Shown in pieces: positions 36,701 through 51,000 of a stretch of DNA of 64,000 nucleotides. Within the stretch, counting starts at the first letter, position 1. Each line of letters begins with the position of its first letter. The notes beneath the pieces were generated by a model. It did not search any database. It worked only from the letters and a program-made list of their open reading frames with translations, and was not told the origin of the DNA. A program made the position numbers and the translations under genes. The stretch comes from Paragordius varius (Eukaryota > Animalia > Nematomorpha): contig OZ176056.1 in NCBI GenBank assembly GCA_964247055.1, forward strand, positions 1,178,001 through 1,242,000, written 5' to 3'.

Positions 36701-39700
36701 TAAACTCAAGTTAGCCAAGTCTTTACAATAAAATGTCCGGCAAAATCTGTTTTCAATCAATTCTCAACTCGTTCACAACCAAAACACCGTCTATCTTGTT
36801 ACTGAATGGCGGCTTCGGTGATGAGTGGATGTACACAATAATACTTTAATCTGTTTAGTCTTTACAGTAAACTCAAGTTAGGCAAGTCTTTACAATAAAC
36901 CGTCCGGCAAAATCTGTTTTCAATCAATTCTCAACTCGTTAACAACCAAAACACCGTCTATCTTGTTACTGAATTGGGGCTTCGGTGATGAGTGGATGTA
37001 CACAATAATACTTTAATCTGTTTAGTCCTTTACAGTAAATCTGTTTTCAATCGATTCTCAACTCGTTCACAACCAAAACACCGTCTATCTTGTTACTGAA
37101 TTGGGGCTTCGGTGATGAGTGGATGTACACAATAATACTTTAATCTGTTTAGTCTTTTACAGTAAACTCAAGTTAGCCAAATCTTACAATAAACCGTCCG
37201 GCGAAATCTGTTTTCAATCAATTCTCAACTCGTTAACAACCAAAACACCGTCTATCTTGTTACTGAAATGGGGCTTCGGTGATGAGTGGATGTACACAAT
37301 AATACTTTAATCTGTTTAGTTCTTTACAGTAAACTCAAGTTAGCCAACAATAAACCGTCCGGCAAAATCTGTTTTCAATCAATTCTCAACTCGTTAACAA
37401 CCAAACCGTCTATCTTGTTACTGAATTGGGGCTTCGGTGATGAGTGGATATACACAATAATACTTTAATCTGTTTAGTCCTTTACAGTAAACTCAAGTTA
37501 GCCAAGTCTTTACAATAAACCGTCCGGCAAAATCTGTTTTCAATCAATTCTCAACTCGTTAACAACCAAAATACCGTCTATCTTGTTACTGAATTGGGGC
37601 TTCGGTGATGAGTGGATGTACACAATAATACTTTAATCTGTTTAGTCCTTTACAGTAAATCTGTTTTCAATCGATTCTCAACTCGTTCACAACCAAAACA
37701 CCGTCTATCTTGTTACTGAATTGGGGCTTCGGTGATGAGTGGATGTACACAATAATACTTTAATCTGTTTAGTCTTTTACAGTAAACTCAAGTTAGCCAA
37801 ATCTTACAATAAACCGTCCGGCGAAATCTGTTTTCAATCAATTCTCAACTCGTTAACAACCAAAACACCGTCTATCTTGTTACTGAATTGGGGCTTCGGT
37901 GATGAGTGGATGTACACAATAATACTTTAATCTGTTTAGTCCTTTACAGTAAACTCAAGTTAGCCAAGTCTTTACAATAAACCGTCCGGCAAAATCTGTT
38001 TTCAATCAATTCTCAACTCGTTAACAACCAAAACACCGTCTATCTTGTTACTGAATGGCGGCTTCGGTGATGAGTGGATGTACACAATAATACTTTAATC
38101 TGTTTAGTCCTTTACAGTAAACTCAAGTTAGCCAAGTCTTTACAATAAACCGTCCGGCAAAATCTGTTTTCAATCAATTTTCAACTCGTTAACAACCAAA
38201 ACACCGTCTATCTTGTTACTGAATTGGGGCTTCGGTGATGAGTGGATGTACACAATAATACTTTAATCTGTTTAGTCCTTTACAGTAAACTCAAGTTAGC
38301 CAAGTCTTTACAATAAAATGTCCGGCAAAATCTGTTTTCAATCAATTCTCAACTCGTTCACAACCAAAACACCGTCTATCTTGTTACTGAATGGCGGCTT
38401 CGGTGATGAGTGGATGTACACAATAATACTTTAATCTGTTTAGTCTTTACAGTAAACTCAAGTTAGGCAAGTCTTTACAATAAACCGTCCGGCAAAATCT
38501 GTTTTCAATCAATTCTCAACTCGTTAACAACCAAAACACCGTCTATCTTGTTACTGAATTGGGGCTTCGGTGATGAGTGGATGTACACAATAATACTTTA
38601 ATCTGTTTAGTCCTTTACAGTAAACTCAAGTTAGCCAAATCTTACAATAAACCGTCCGGCGAACTCTGTTTTCAATCAATTCTCAACTCGTTAACAACCA
38701 AAACACCGTCTATCTTGTTACTGAATTGGGGCTTCGGTGATGAGTGGATGTACACAATAATACTTTAATCTGTTTAGTCCTTTACAGTAAACTCAATTTA
38801 GCCAGGTCTTTACAATAAACCGTCCGGCAAAATCTGTTTTCAATCAATTCTCAACTCGTTCACAACCAAAACACCGTCTATCTTGTTACTGAATTGGGGC
38901 TTCGGTGATGAGTGGATGTACACAATAATACTTTAATCTGTTTAGTCCTTTACAGTAAACTCAAGTTAGCCAAGTCTTTACAATAAACCGTCCGGCAAAA
39001 TCTGTTTTCAATCAATTTTCAACTCGTTAACAACCAAAACACCGTCTATCTTGTTACTGAATTGGGGCTTCGGTGATGAGTGGATGTACACAATAATACT
39101 TTAATCTGTTTATTCCTTTACAGTAAACTCAAGTTAGCCAAGTCTTTACAATAAAATGTCCGGCAAAATCTGTTTTCAATCAATTCTCAACTCGTTCACA
39201 ACCAAAACACCGTCTATCTTGTTACTGAATTGGGGCTTCGGTGATGAGTGGATGTACACAATAATACTTTAATCTGTTTAGTCCTTTACAGTAAACTCAA
39301 GTTAGCCATGTCTTTACAATAATCTGTCCCGAATCTGTTTTCAATCAATTCTCAACTCGTTAACAACCAAAACACCGTCTATCTTGTTACTGAATTGGGG
39401 CTTCGGTGATGAGTGGATGTACACAATAATACTTTAATCTGTTTAGTCCTTTACAGTAAACTCAAGTTAGCCAAGTCTTTACAATAAACCGTCCGGCAAA
39501 ATCTGTTTTCAATCAATTCTCAACTCGTTAACAACCAAAATACCGTCTATCTTGTTACTGAATTGGGGCTTCGGTGATGAGTGGATGTACACAATAATAC
39601 TTTAATCTGTTTAGTCCTTTACAGTAAACTCAAGTTAGCCAAGTCTTTACAATAAACCGTCCGGCAAAATCTGTTTTCAATCAATTCTCAACTCGTTAAC

Positions 39701-42700
39701 AACCAAAACACCGTCTATCTTGTTACTGATTTGGGGCTTCGGTGATGAGTGGATGTACACAATAATACTTTAATCTGTTTAGTCCTTTACAGTAAACTCA
39801 AGTTAGCCAAGTCTTACAATAAACCGTCCGGCAAAATCTGTTTTCAATCAATTCTCAACCAAAACACCGTCTATCTTGTTACTGAATTGGGGCTTCGGTG
39901 ATGAGTGGATGTACACAATAATACTTTAATCTGTTTAGTTCTTTACAGTAAACTCAAGTTAGCCAACAATAAACCGTCCGGCAAAATCTGTTTTCAATCA
40001 ATTCTCAACTCGTTAACAACCAAACCGTCTATCTTGTTACTGAATTGGGGCTTCGGTGATGAGTGGATATACACAATAATACTTTAATCTGTTTAGTCCT
40101 TTACAGTAAACTCAAGTTAGGCAAGTCTTTACAATAAACCGTCCGGCAAAATCTGTTTTCAATCAATTCTCAACTCGTTAACAACCAAAACACCGTCTAT
40201 CTTGTTACTGAATTGGGGCTTCGGTGATGAGTGGATGTACACAATAATACTTTAATCTGTTTAGTCCTTTACAGTAAACTCAAGTTAGCCAAATCTTACA
40301 ATAAACCGTCCGGCGAACTCTGTTTTCAATCAATTCTCAACTCGTTAACAACCAAAACACCGTCTATCTTGTTACTGAATTGGGGCTTCGGTGATGAGTG
40401 GATGTACACAATAATACTTTAATCTGTTTAGTCCTTTACAGTAAACTCAATTTAGCCAGGTCTTTACAATAAACCGTCCGGCAAAATCTGTTTTCAATCA
40501 ATTCTCAACTCGTTCACAACCAAAACACCGTCTATCTTGTTACTGAATTGGGGCTTCGGTGATGAGTGGATGTACACAATAATACTTTAATCTGTTTAGT
40601 CCTTTACAGTAAATCTGTTTTCAATCGATTCTCAACTCGTTCACAACCAAAACACCGTCTATCTTGTTACTGAATTGGGGCTTCGGTGATGAGTGGATGT
40701 ACACAATAATACTTTAATCTGTTTAGTCTTTTACAGTAAACTCAAGTTAGCCAAATCTTACAATAAACCGTCCGGCGAAATCTGTTTTCAATCAATTCTC
40801 AACTCGTTAACAACCAAAACACCGTCTATCTTGTTACTGAATTGGGGCTTCGGTGATGAGTGGATGTACACAATAATACTTTAATCTGTTTAGTTCTTTA
40901 CAGTAAACTCAAGTTAGCCAACAATAAACCGTCCGGCAAAATCTGTTTTCAATCAATTCTCAACTCGTTAACAACCAAACCGTCTATCTTGTTACTGAAT
41001 TGGGGCTTCGGTGATGAGTGGATATACACAATAATACTTTAATCTGTTTAGTCCTTTACAGTAAACTCAAGTTAGCCAAGTCTTTACAATAAACCGTCCG
41101 GCAAAATCTGTTTTCAATCAATTCTCAACTCGTTAACAACCAAAATACCGTCTATCTTGTTACTGAATTGGGGCTTCGGTGATGAGTGGATGTACACAAT
41201 AATACTTTAATCTGTTTAGTCCTTTACAGTAAATCTGTTTTCAATCGATTCTCAACTCGTTCACAACCAAAACACCGTCTATCTTGTTACTGAATTGGGG
41301 CTTCGGTGATGAGTGGATGTACACAATAATACTTTAATCTGTTTAGTCTTTTACAGTAAACTCAAGTTAGCCAAATCTTACAATAAACCGTCCGGCGAAA
41401 TCTGTTTTCAATCAATTCTCAACTCGTTAACAACCAAAACACCGTCTATCTTGTTACTGAATTGGGGCTTCGGTGATGAGTGGATGTACACAATAATACT
41501 TTAATCTGTTTAGTCCTTTACAGTAAACTCAAGTTAGCCAAGTCTTTACAATAAACCGTCCGGCAAAATCTGTTTTCAATCAATTCTCAACTCGTTAACA
41601 ACCAAAACACCGTCTATCTTGTTACTGAATGGCGGCTTCGGTGATGAGTGGATGTACACAATAATACTTTAATCTGTTTAGTCCTTTACAGTAAACTCAA
41701 GTTAGCCAAGTCTTTACAATAAACCGTCCGGCAAAATCTGTTTTCAATCAATTTTCAACTCGTTAACAACCAAAACACCGTCTATCTTGTTACTGAATTG
41801 GGGCTTCGGTGATGAGTGGATGTACACAATAATACTTTAATCTGTTTAGTCCTTTACAGTAAACTCAAGTTAGCCAAGTCTTTACAATAAAATATCCGGC
41901 AAAATCTGTTTTCAATCAATTCTCAACTCGTTCACAACCAAAACACCGTCTATCTTGTTACTGAATGGCGGCTTCGGTGATGAGTGGATGTACACAATAA
42001 TACTTTAATCTGTTTAGTCTTTACAGTAAACTCAAGTTAGGCAAGTCTTTACAATAAACCGTCCGGCAAAATCTGTTTTCAATCAATTCTCAACTCGTTA
42101 ACAACCAAAACACCGTCTATCTTGTTACTGAATTGGGGCTTCGGTGATGAGTGGATGTACACAATAATACTTTAATCTGTTTAGTCCTTTACAGTAAACT
42201 CAAGTTAGCCAAATCTTACAATAAACCGTCCGGCGAACTCTGTTTTCAATCAATTCTCAACTCGTTAACAACCAAAACACCGTCTATCTTGTTACTGAAT
42301 TGGGGCTTCGGTGATGAGTGGATGTACACAATAATACTTTAATCTGTTTAGTCCTTTACAGTAAACTCAATTTAGCCAGGTCTTTACAATAAACCGTCCG
42401 GCAAAATCTGTTTTCAATCAATTCTCAACTCGTTCACAACCAAAACACCGTCTATCTTGTTACTGAATTGGGGCTTCGGTGATGAGTGGATGTACACAAT
42501 AATACTTTAATCTGTTTAGTCCTTTACAGTAAACTCAAGTTAGCCAAGTCTTTACAATAAACCGTCCGGCAAAATCTGTTTTCAATCAATTTTCAACTCG
42601 TTAACAACCAAAACACCGTCTATCTTGTTACTGAATTGGGGCTTCGGTGATGAGTGGATGTACACAATAATACTTTAATCTGTTTAGTCCTTTACAGTAA

Positions 42701-43810
42701 ACTCAAGTTAGCCAAGTCTTTACAATAAAATGTCCGGCAAAATCTGTTTTCAATCAATTCTCAACTCGTTCACAACCAAAACACCGTCTATCTTGTTACT
42801 GAATTGGGGCTTCGGTGATGAGTGGATGTACACAATAATACTTTAATCTGTTTAGTCCTTTACAGTAAACTCAAGTTAGCCATGTCTTTACAATAATCTG
42901 TCCCGAATCTGTTTTCAATCAATTCTCAACTCGTTAACAACCAAAACACCGTCTATCTTGTTACTGAATTGGGGCTTCGGTGATGAGTGGATGTACACAA
43001 TAATACTTTAATCTGTTTAGTCCTTTACAGTAAACTCAAGTTAGCCAAGTCTTTACAATAAACCGTCCGGCAAAATCTGTTTTCAATCAATTCTCAACTC
43101 GTTAACAACCAAAATACCGTCTATCTTGTTACTGAATTGGGGCTTCGGTGATGAGTGGATGTACACAATAATACTTTAATCTGTTTAGTCCTTTACAGTA
43201 AACTCAAGTTAGCCAAGTCTTTACAATAAACCGTCCGGCAAAATCTGTTTTCAATCAATTCTCAACTCGTTAACAACCAAAACACCGTCTATCTTGTTAC
43301 TGATTTGGGGCTTCGGTGATGAGTGGATGTACACAATAATACTTTAATCTGTTTAGTCCTTTACAGTAAACTCAAGTTAGCCAAGTCTTACAATAAACCG
43401 TCCGGCAAAATCTGTTTTCAATCAATTCTCAACCAAAACACCGTCTATCTTGTTACTGAATTGGGGCTTCGGTGATGAGTGGATGTACACAATAATACTT
43501 TAATCTGTTTAGTTCTTTACAGTAAACTCAAGTTAGCCAACAATAAACCGTCCGGCAAAATCTGTTTTCAATCAATTCTCAACTCGTTAACAACCAAACC
43601 GTCTATCTTGTTACTGAATTGGGGCTTCGGTGATGAGTGGATATACACAATAATACTTTAATCTGTTTAGTCCTTTACAGTAAACTCAAGTTAGCCAAGT
43701 CTTACAATAAACCGTCCGGCAAAATCTGTTTTCAATCAATTCTCAACACGTTAACAACTAAAACACCATCTATCTTGTTACTGAATCACGGGCTTCAATG
43801 ACGAGTGGTT
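33720..43810. repeat. Satellite DNA array, 168-bp canonical monomer, about 60 copies, with higher-order duplications
   Basis: Unit ACAACCAAAACACCGTCTATCTTGTTACTGAATTGGGGCTTCGGTGATGAGTGGATGTACACAATAATAC... recurs at 34321 and 34489 (168 bp). All six frames are closed within the unit. Diverged monomers sit at both edges. Confidence 0.98.
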
Positions 43811-45404
43811 ATAAAAGACTAGGCCAGAAGGTTTTTTATCGATACATCAAAAACATCTTAATAGCATTACCACATTTTTCACACGATTTCAATTTGCCTT
43901 TCTCACTCTTATTTTTGTCACATATCTTATTCTCCAACTCTCGAAACAAACTACAAAAGACTTGCAGCCATTACATTTATTTTGATATCCAATATTTATT
44001 AATGTTTTATTAAATAATACATATATAACCCCAAATATGGGGTCATAACACCTTACAAAATAAAAAATAAATAATTTTAATCGTATATAATATTCAAATA
44101 TTCTGTGGTTATTTTATTTATTATAGTTTAGATATCTTGATATAAAACAATTAGACAGACACAGCGATACCGTATACTACCTTCAATTATTTAACCAAAT
44201 TAAAAGTTATTGGCAAGATATATTTAAAAAATAAATAAATTTTTAAAAATTAAAATTATGCAGTAAACAAAATGTAAAAACTAAAAACATATAAGTTTTA
44301 GAAAAGTTTACCATATTTCTTAACCAATTTTATAGAATCACCGTTTTGTGTTGCAAAGTATGATATATCGATTTACGATCATATAAACTTAAAAGATTAA
44401 TTCTAGTTTATGTAGGAATTATCTAGTTTTAAAAGAGTTGCTTATCTTATTAAATATTTATTTGTCTTTTAATTTTTGTTTTATCTGTAGATAATTTTTA
44501 TTGTAAAATCGTAAATAAAAAGTTTAAATGTCCACAAATTTGGGGGTGGTATGAAAAAGTACCCAATTATATATATTCTGATAAAAAAATGATAAGAATT
44601 CTATGTTGCTTTTGTTTTGGGTCTTACCATTAGGTTGTGAAAAACGGACGAACGGATCCTAAAATGAATGGTTCCCCTAAAATAACGGAACATGCCGAGA
44701 TTGCGTGTGAACACCTATGACATTAAAAAAATTTGTTTTAAGAAAAATGTTTTAAAACTAAGATTTTGGCAAAATATTGTGGAAAACGTATTGCATGCCA
44801 TTTTCAAACATACATGACGAACGCAGTTTAAATATACGCTTTTATAAAAAGACTTTTTTATATTATTAATAATGCTTAACATATCATCCTAGAATTTCGA
44901 TTAAAAAATAGTTTTTTTAAGTAAGTTGCATATATATTTTTACAAAACAATTTGGAAGCAAACAAACGTTTAATTCAAATTCCGATGTGATAAGAATGTT
45001 TATCATTGAATTATTTACTAAAAAAGTTTTTTTATCCTATAATTTGGCCGAAATAGGAGAGTTTTTGGTGTATTGCCAATTAGAGGCATTTCAGAATTAA
45101 TTTTGTTCAAAATAGTAGAAAGTTGGGTATGTTGTCTGACATATTTGTTTGGAGAAGTTTTTAAAGGATTTATTAATTAATTCGTTATGTATGTCCAGCT
45201 TTCAATAGTAATGTGAGGAATACTGGATCTGCTATTGGCTTTTAATTTGATATCATGCGACGACCAAATCTTATTGTATTTTTAAGGGGTTAAAAATTTC
45301 CCACATAGAATGTGTTTTAATGGTTAACTGGTTCCGGCAATTTCTTAAAATTTTTAATTTTATTAACTAATGCGAACAATTTTTAAATATATGATTTGAA
45401 TTCC

Positions 45405-45600
45405 AAAATATTTTATCAAAAAAATTTTTTTCGTTAAATGGGCATAAATATTTGGTAAAGAATGGAAAAAACAAGAGCTCTATATTAGTTCTTTATACCT
45501 TTAAATGATATGGTTAATACCATAGAGCTCTTGTTTTTTCCATTCTTTACCAAATATTTATACCCATTTAACGAAAAAAAATAAATTTTTGATAAAATAA
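45405..45600. mobile_element. Hairpin MITE (about 75-bp near-perfect inverted arms); second copy at about 50900-51085
   Basis: TTCGTTAAATGGGCATAAATATTTGGTAAAGAATGGAAAAAACAAGAGCTC ... GAGCTCTTGTTTTTTCCATTCTTTACCAAATATTTATACCCATTTAACGAA. Confidence 0.8.
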
Positions 45601-45969
45601 AGGATACATGACTGTAATTAATTATATGGTGGCTGTAATGGTCTTGCTTTTAATTCGATTAAAAATATTTGACGATATTTTTGAGCTGAGATGACTGCCT
45701 TCATTTTGAAGGAATCAGTTGTCGTTAATCCATCCTTTTTACATTTATGTTCCATAATTAGCGAAATTTAATTAATAAATGGCATAATCGTAACATTTAA
45801 AATTAAAATACAGGAATAAGTATTTATTAATTTTACTTAACCTCAAATAATGTGAAAAAGGATGTTTTTTGCTTCAAATTATAGTTTTATTTACTTAAAA
45901 ACTTATATTGTTGCTTAAATACATGTATTTCGCACGGATTTACAAATCCCTTCAAAATTAAATTTGTTT

Positions 45970-48035
45970 ACAAATATTTTAAATCTTAAAAACAATTTAA
46001 CATATTTTGCTTAGGCTGTTATAACGTTTAAGAAAGAATGTTTGTTAACTTGTTGTAGTTGGAACGTACCTTGTACTATGGATATCTGACCTTATAAAAT
46101 GTTTTTTAACATGAATATCAAAATATTTTTTTAAATATTTTATTAAATATTCCAATGATGAATGTTATTATGCGAACCTTAATTTTTAATTTTATAGCAT
46201 GTATTCTACTAAGTCAAACGACGGACGGTAATTTGCCGCAGTTTGTGCTTTTAGGAAATTTTTTGACTGCTTTAAATAGCAAATTATGTCAATTATTAAT
46301 TTTAAAAATAATTTACAGATTCTTTAGATTTTCACAGTAATAGAAACAGTCAGTCACCTATTAGATACCTTTAACAATAAGACGTCTCTACTTCATATCC
46401 GACCAATAACATTTTTAGACTTTAGCTATGAATTTTGAGTTTCTATAAATTGCCAACAATATATAAATTTAATATATTATAATACTAAATAAATATAACA
46501 AAATCGATTATGTTAAATAATCATTATATAAACGATTCATCATCAGTATGACCTGAACATTATGTGACAAATGGCATTCGTATATTTTAGCATTTTATTT
46601 TATGCTTGTCGGTTTAATATTTCTTTAGAATAAATAATAACGCAATAATTTACCTTAGTGATTAACCCATAATTTATTATTTGATAGACAAAATATATAT
46701 TTAAATATATTTGATTAAAATATGAAAAAATTAAAAACGTTTTATCCTTAATGAATAATAATCATATTTACTTTATATTAATTGCGAAAAAATCTGAATT
46801 TCAAATGATATCATTGTTTTTTTATTAGCAATATTGATTGTGATTGAATAGTTTAGTTTATATTATACTACCACCTCTTCATCTTGAATAAACTTCTTAT
46901 TAATTTTCATATTTCTCAATACCTTGGAATTTTTTTAGTATTATAATTTTAAAAATTTTCTTATGCATAAATTTAGGGCATTTAAGATATTCAAAAACAC
47001 ATTTATTATAGCGTTATTTTAAAGTTTGAGGGTGAATTTAAAGTTTTCAAGAATAAATTTGAGGAGTAATGGTATATTTTTTTTAAATATTGATAAAAGT
47101 TTGCGAATAATTTTCTTACGCCAATCGACAGGTTTTTTAAATTGATTCGTGCTATACGAATTTTAATATTTTTTATATAATTATATAGCATATCGTAAAC
47201 AAATTGTATTCGGTAAGGATATACACTTACATATTTTTATGTTTTTACCTGATTATGATTTATTAAATTACTTCAGAATATTAATATTTATGATTAATTA
47301 ATATAAATATAATTTAATAAAAAAAATATTTTAACAAAAGTCAATTGATATTTATTACATATGGATATTTATTAACATGTTAAATTAGTTATTGAGATCA
47401 AGGATGATAATTATTCACCTAATACCAATCAATCCAAAACGGACATTGAACAAAGTATATATATATATATATATATACTTTTTTAAAAAATATTTAAATA
47501 TGTATTTCAATGGTTGATACTAGAATTATTTTTTAAAATTGGTTCCAAATAAACATTTTTTGTTTTGACTTTTCCACATATTTTTTGAAAATAAACTTTT
47601 ATGATTTCATTTTAATGCCATATCGGTTTTAGTTTTAGTGTCTTTGATACAGCTGGTTTTTAAAGTCATTGTAAAATCTTGATTTCATATTTTTTAAAAC
47701 CATTTTTGTAAAGAACCGGACATCGTATGATTCTAAATCATACATAATAAGAGATTTTTAAAAAGGAAAATGTGAATTTTTAAACTGTTTATTACCGCGG
47801 TTTCGATTACAAATACAATGCTGTTTCTATCGTATTATAAAATAATTTATAATTAATATATTTAATATTAGGGATTTCAGAAAATATTCAAGTTATAATT
47901 AAATATAATCCCTTTTATGTTACCATAATTATTTTTAATATGCAATTATTAACTGGCTAATTCAAATTTTTTATTTTGAAGAATCTCACTAAAATACCAA
48001 ACGTGTCAGTTACTGAATACGCAATAAGTAATAAT
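45970..48035 (+). repeat. Second copy of the 2.1-kb segmental duplication
   Basis: Colinear with about 30155-32300. Confidence 0.93.
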
Positions 48036-51000
48036 TTTTGGATTAAAATATATAATCTTTATATATACCATTTACAATTCTAATTCACCCTCGAACAATT
48101 TAAATTCACCCTAAAATAAATTGAATGTTTTTTAAGATTAAACCTTATATTTTTATGTTTTGAAAGAATAAACATTTATTTAAAATTGAAATAATACTGA
48201 AAATTAATAAACAAAGGTAATAAGATATATTTCATATTAATAAGGAGTCATATTAGCCCGAAAACATCTAAATTATTTTAGGTTGATTTCAATTGTTCAG
48301 GGGTGAATGTGAATTGTTTAAGAGTAAATTTTAATTGTAAACGGTATATGCAATATTTTCATTTGGTTTAAAGTAGAGGTGTCCAACACTTCCGTGAAAA
48401 TTGGTGCGGCACGGGGAAAATTTGGAAATATATTTTTAAAAAATATGCCTATGAATATAAAATTAATATTTCTTAAAATATTTTCTATATTTTATTCGAT
48501 AGACAATAAACTAAAATGATGCATTTTTTAATATATATTAAAAGATCAAATATTTATAAATACCTATATATACAAAATATTTCAAATGCGGTCCGCCAAT
48601 TTTTTTGAGTCAAAAAGACCTGCGAAGCCATTTGTGTTGGATACCCCTGGTTTTATGATAATATAATATTAAACTATGTATTGTACGTGATTCTTTGTTG
48701 ATTCAGGGTTCCATATATCAGAAATATTGGTTTGACCGATTAAAAAATATTTCAGAATTAATTTTGTTCAAAATAGTAGAGAATTGGGTATTTTGTCTGA
48801 CATATATAGAGAAGTTTTTAAAGCATTTATTAATTAATTCGTTATGTATGTCCAGCTTTTCAATAGTAATGTGAGGAATACTGGATCTGCTTATCATATT
48901 TCTATTAGCCATATCATATGGTTGTTTTTGACTGGTTATTTTTAATACTTACAAGCACGAATTTGTAACCGGGGACAGTCTCAATAAGGAAAAATAGTAA
49001 AATTTGTTTAATTTTTTCAGATACAAATGAAACACAGTTGATGGATAAATATTATTATGAACAGGTCTCGTAATTATAAAACTTAATTATCTTCTGTATA
49101 ATAATGTTTACAGTAAAATTAAATTATACAGACTAAACGTAAAAAAATAAATACAAATATCATTCACGGCTATAGTTTTTAAGACTTGATTATTTCAATT
49201 ATAACTCATTGTTTTAAAATGCAAAGTATGAAATAAAGATGTTAATTGGTAACACAATTTATATATTCTACAATTGTAAATAAATAGTTTATATTGGAAA
49301 AATTAAGATTTCAAAAAGTATGATTGCTTTTCAAAAAAATATATTTGTCCTTATGTTTTAAGGTTTTGTCTTAGAATTCCGATTTTTACTGTACAATATA
49401 AATTTAGGCTATATAAAAAAATTTAAACATACTTTTTTAGGCAGGGCCAGGAGAAACAAGTAAAAGCGTGTGGGTATTATTCTATCTAAATTTTATGTTG
49501 AACATGTTTTAACAAAGATAATAGATAAATAAGAAATATAAATTTTTATTACAGCATGCATTTTAATGGTTGCTTATTTTACACTATAGTAGGGCAATTT
49601 GCAACACAGTATTTAATGTATGGAAAAAACAACAAAATGTTGGATAAACAATTTATTCCTTTCTTTTTTCCATACATACACTCCTGTGTTGCAAATTGGC
49701 CTATTATAGTGCAAAATAAGCAACCATTAAAATGGATACTGTATATAACATTTACATTTCAAATTCACCATTAACAATTCAAATTCACCCTCGAACAATT
49801 AAATTCACAAAAATAAATTATGTGTTTTCGAACTAATATCTCATTATTATTTTATATATATCTTATTTTTACGTAAAAGAACTTATTACCTCCTTTTTTA
49901 GTCTAAAGGTTTTTATATTTTTACACAATAATCAAGGATCTTTATAAATTTGTTTAATAATTGGAAGCAGATATTGGGCAGTTTTTAAAGCTCATATTTA
50001 GGATTAAAGAGCATCCACTTATTTAAATAAAAGCTTAACGATAATTGAGAATAAAAAAACAAAATTTGATTTGACCGATTTGGAATACAGTTCCGAAACC
50101 ATTTTTGTAATTCGTAATTTTAACGGTTAAAGATTTTAATGTGAAGTTTTTAAATAATAATGAGGAATTCATTTTCAATATAGCTGTGAATATAAAGAAA
50201 GACCCTAATAAAACGGTATTTATATTCAAAAAATTGCATTAATAACCAGGCTTTATTTTTGTGTTGATAGGAAGAAGTTATTAATAAATTAATTATTAAT
50301 TTTATTGATATTGCATCATATTAAAAAAAAATTTAATTTGCTTACTTTTATTATAATTATAAGATTTTAACTGACATTTTTCCGTGCTTAGAATTTTAGC
50401 ATTATAAAATTTCGATATCATTGCGATACGTTTAAAATAAATTCAGTGGTATGAAATTGACATTAAATAAAACTTTATAGTAATATTAAAATTCTTAGAA
50501 GAAGTATGAAGAGCCGAACAAAACAAACCCAATTTCCAAAGGTCGGACTCAAGTATCAAAATATATTTGATATAAAAAGGACTCTGTCATTGATGAAAAA
50601 AAACTTTCAGCTGCTTCTCCTGGTATACTATTTCTACATAAATTCATATATTTTAAAATAAATTTTAAATGAGACACCTTGAAATAGTTTGACATAATGG
50701 CATTTATTTTCATTTTTAAGTATTTAATTTAAGGATTTTATCAATAAAAATAAAAACAGTACATTAACATTTTAAGATATAATAAAATTAATTACTTTGA
50801 TGACTCATAATTTAATATATGAATGGGTAAAGAACAGGGGTAACTAATACAAATGGCTTCATGGAACGCATTTTTGACTTTCAGACATGTATCCTTTATT
50901 TATTAAAAAATTATTTTTTTCGTTAAATGGGAATAAACATTTGTTAAGAATGGAAATAGCTCTATGGTAATACTTATACTTTTTTGATGAATATGATATT

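Noticed and set aside
34204-43661. Repeated 60-63 aa ORFs (MDVHNNTLICLV...) in the array as a tandem gene family
   Set aside because: They start at GTG and appear only where a 1-nt or 10-nt deletion variant of the monomer removes a stop. The canonical 168-bp unit is closed in all six frames.
33720-43810. CRISPR array
   Set aside because: There are no unique spacers, whole units are repeated, and the context is eukaryotic with no cas genes.
43800-43990. Minus-strand CxxC-like peptides (CNGC, CEKCG) at the array's right flank as a Merlin/ISXO2 transposase remnant
   Set aside because: Spacing to the supposed VEIDE-like motif does not fit and frameshifts would be needed. Similarity is too weak to support.
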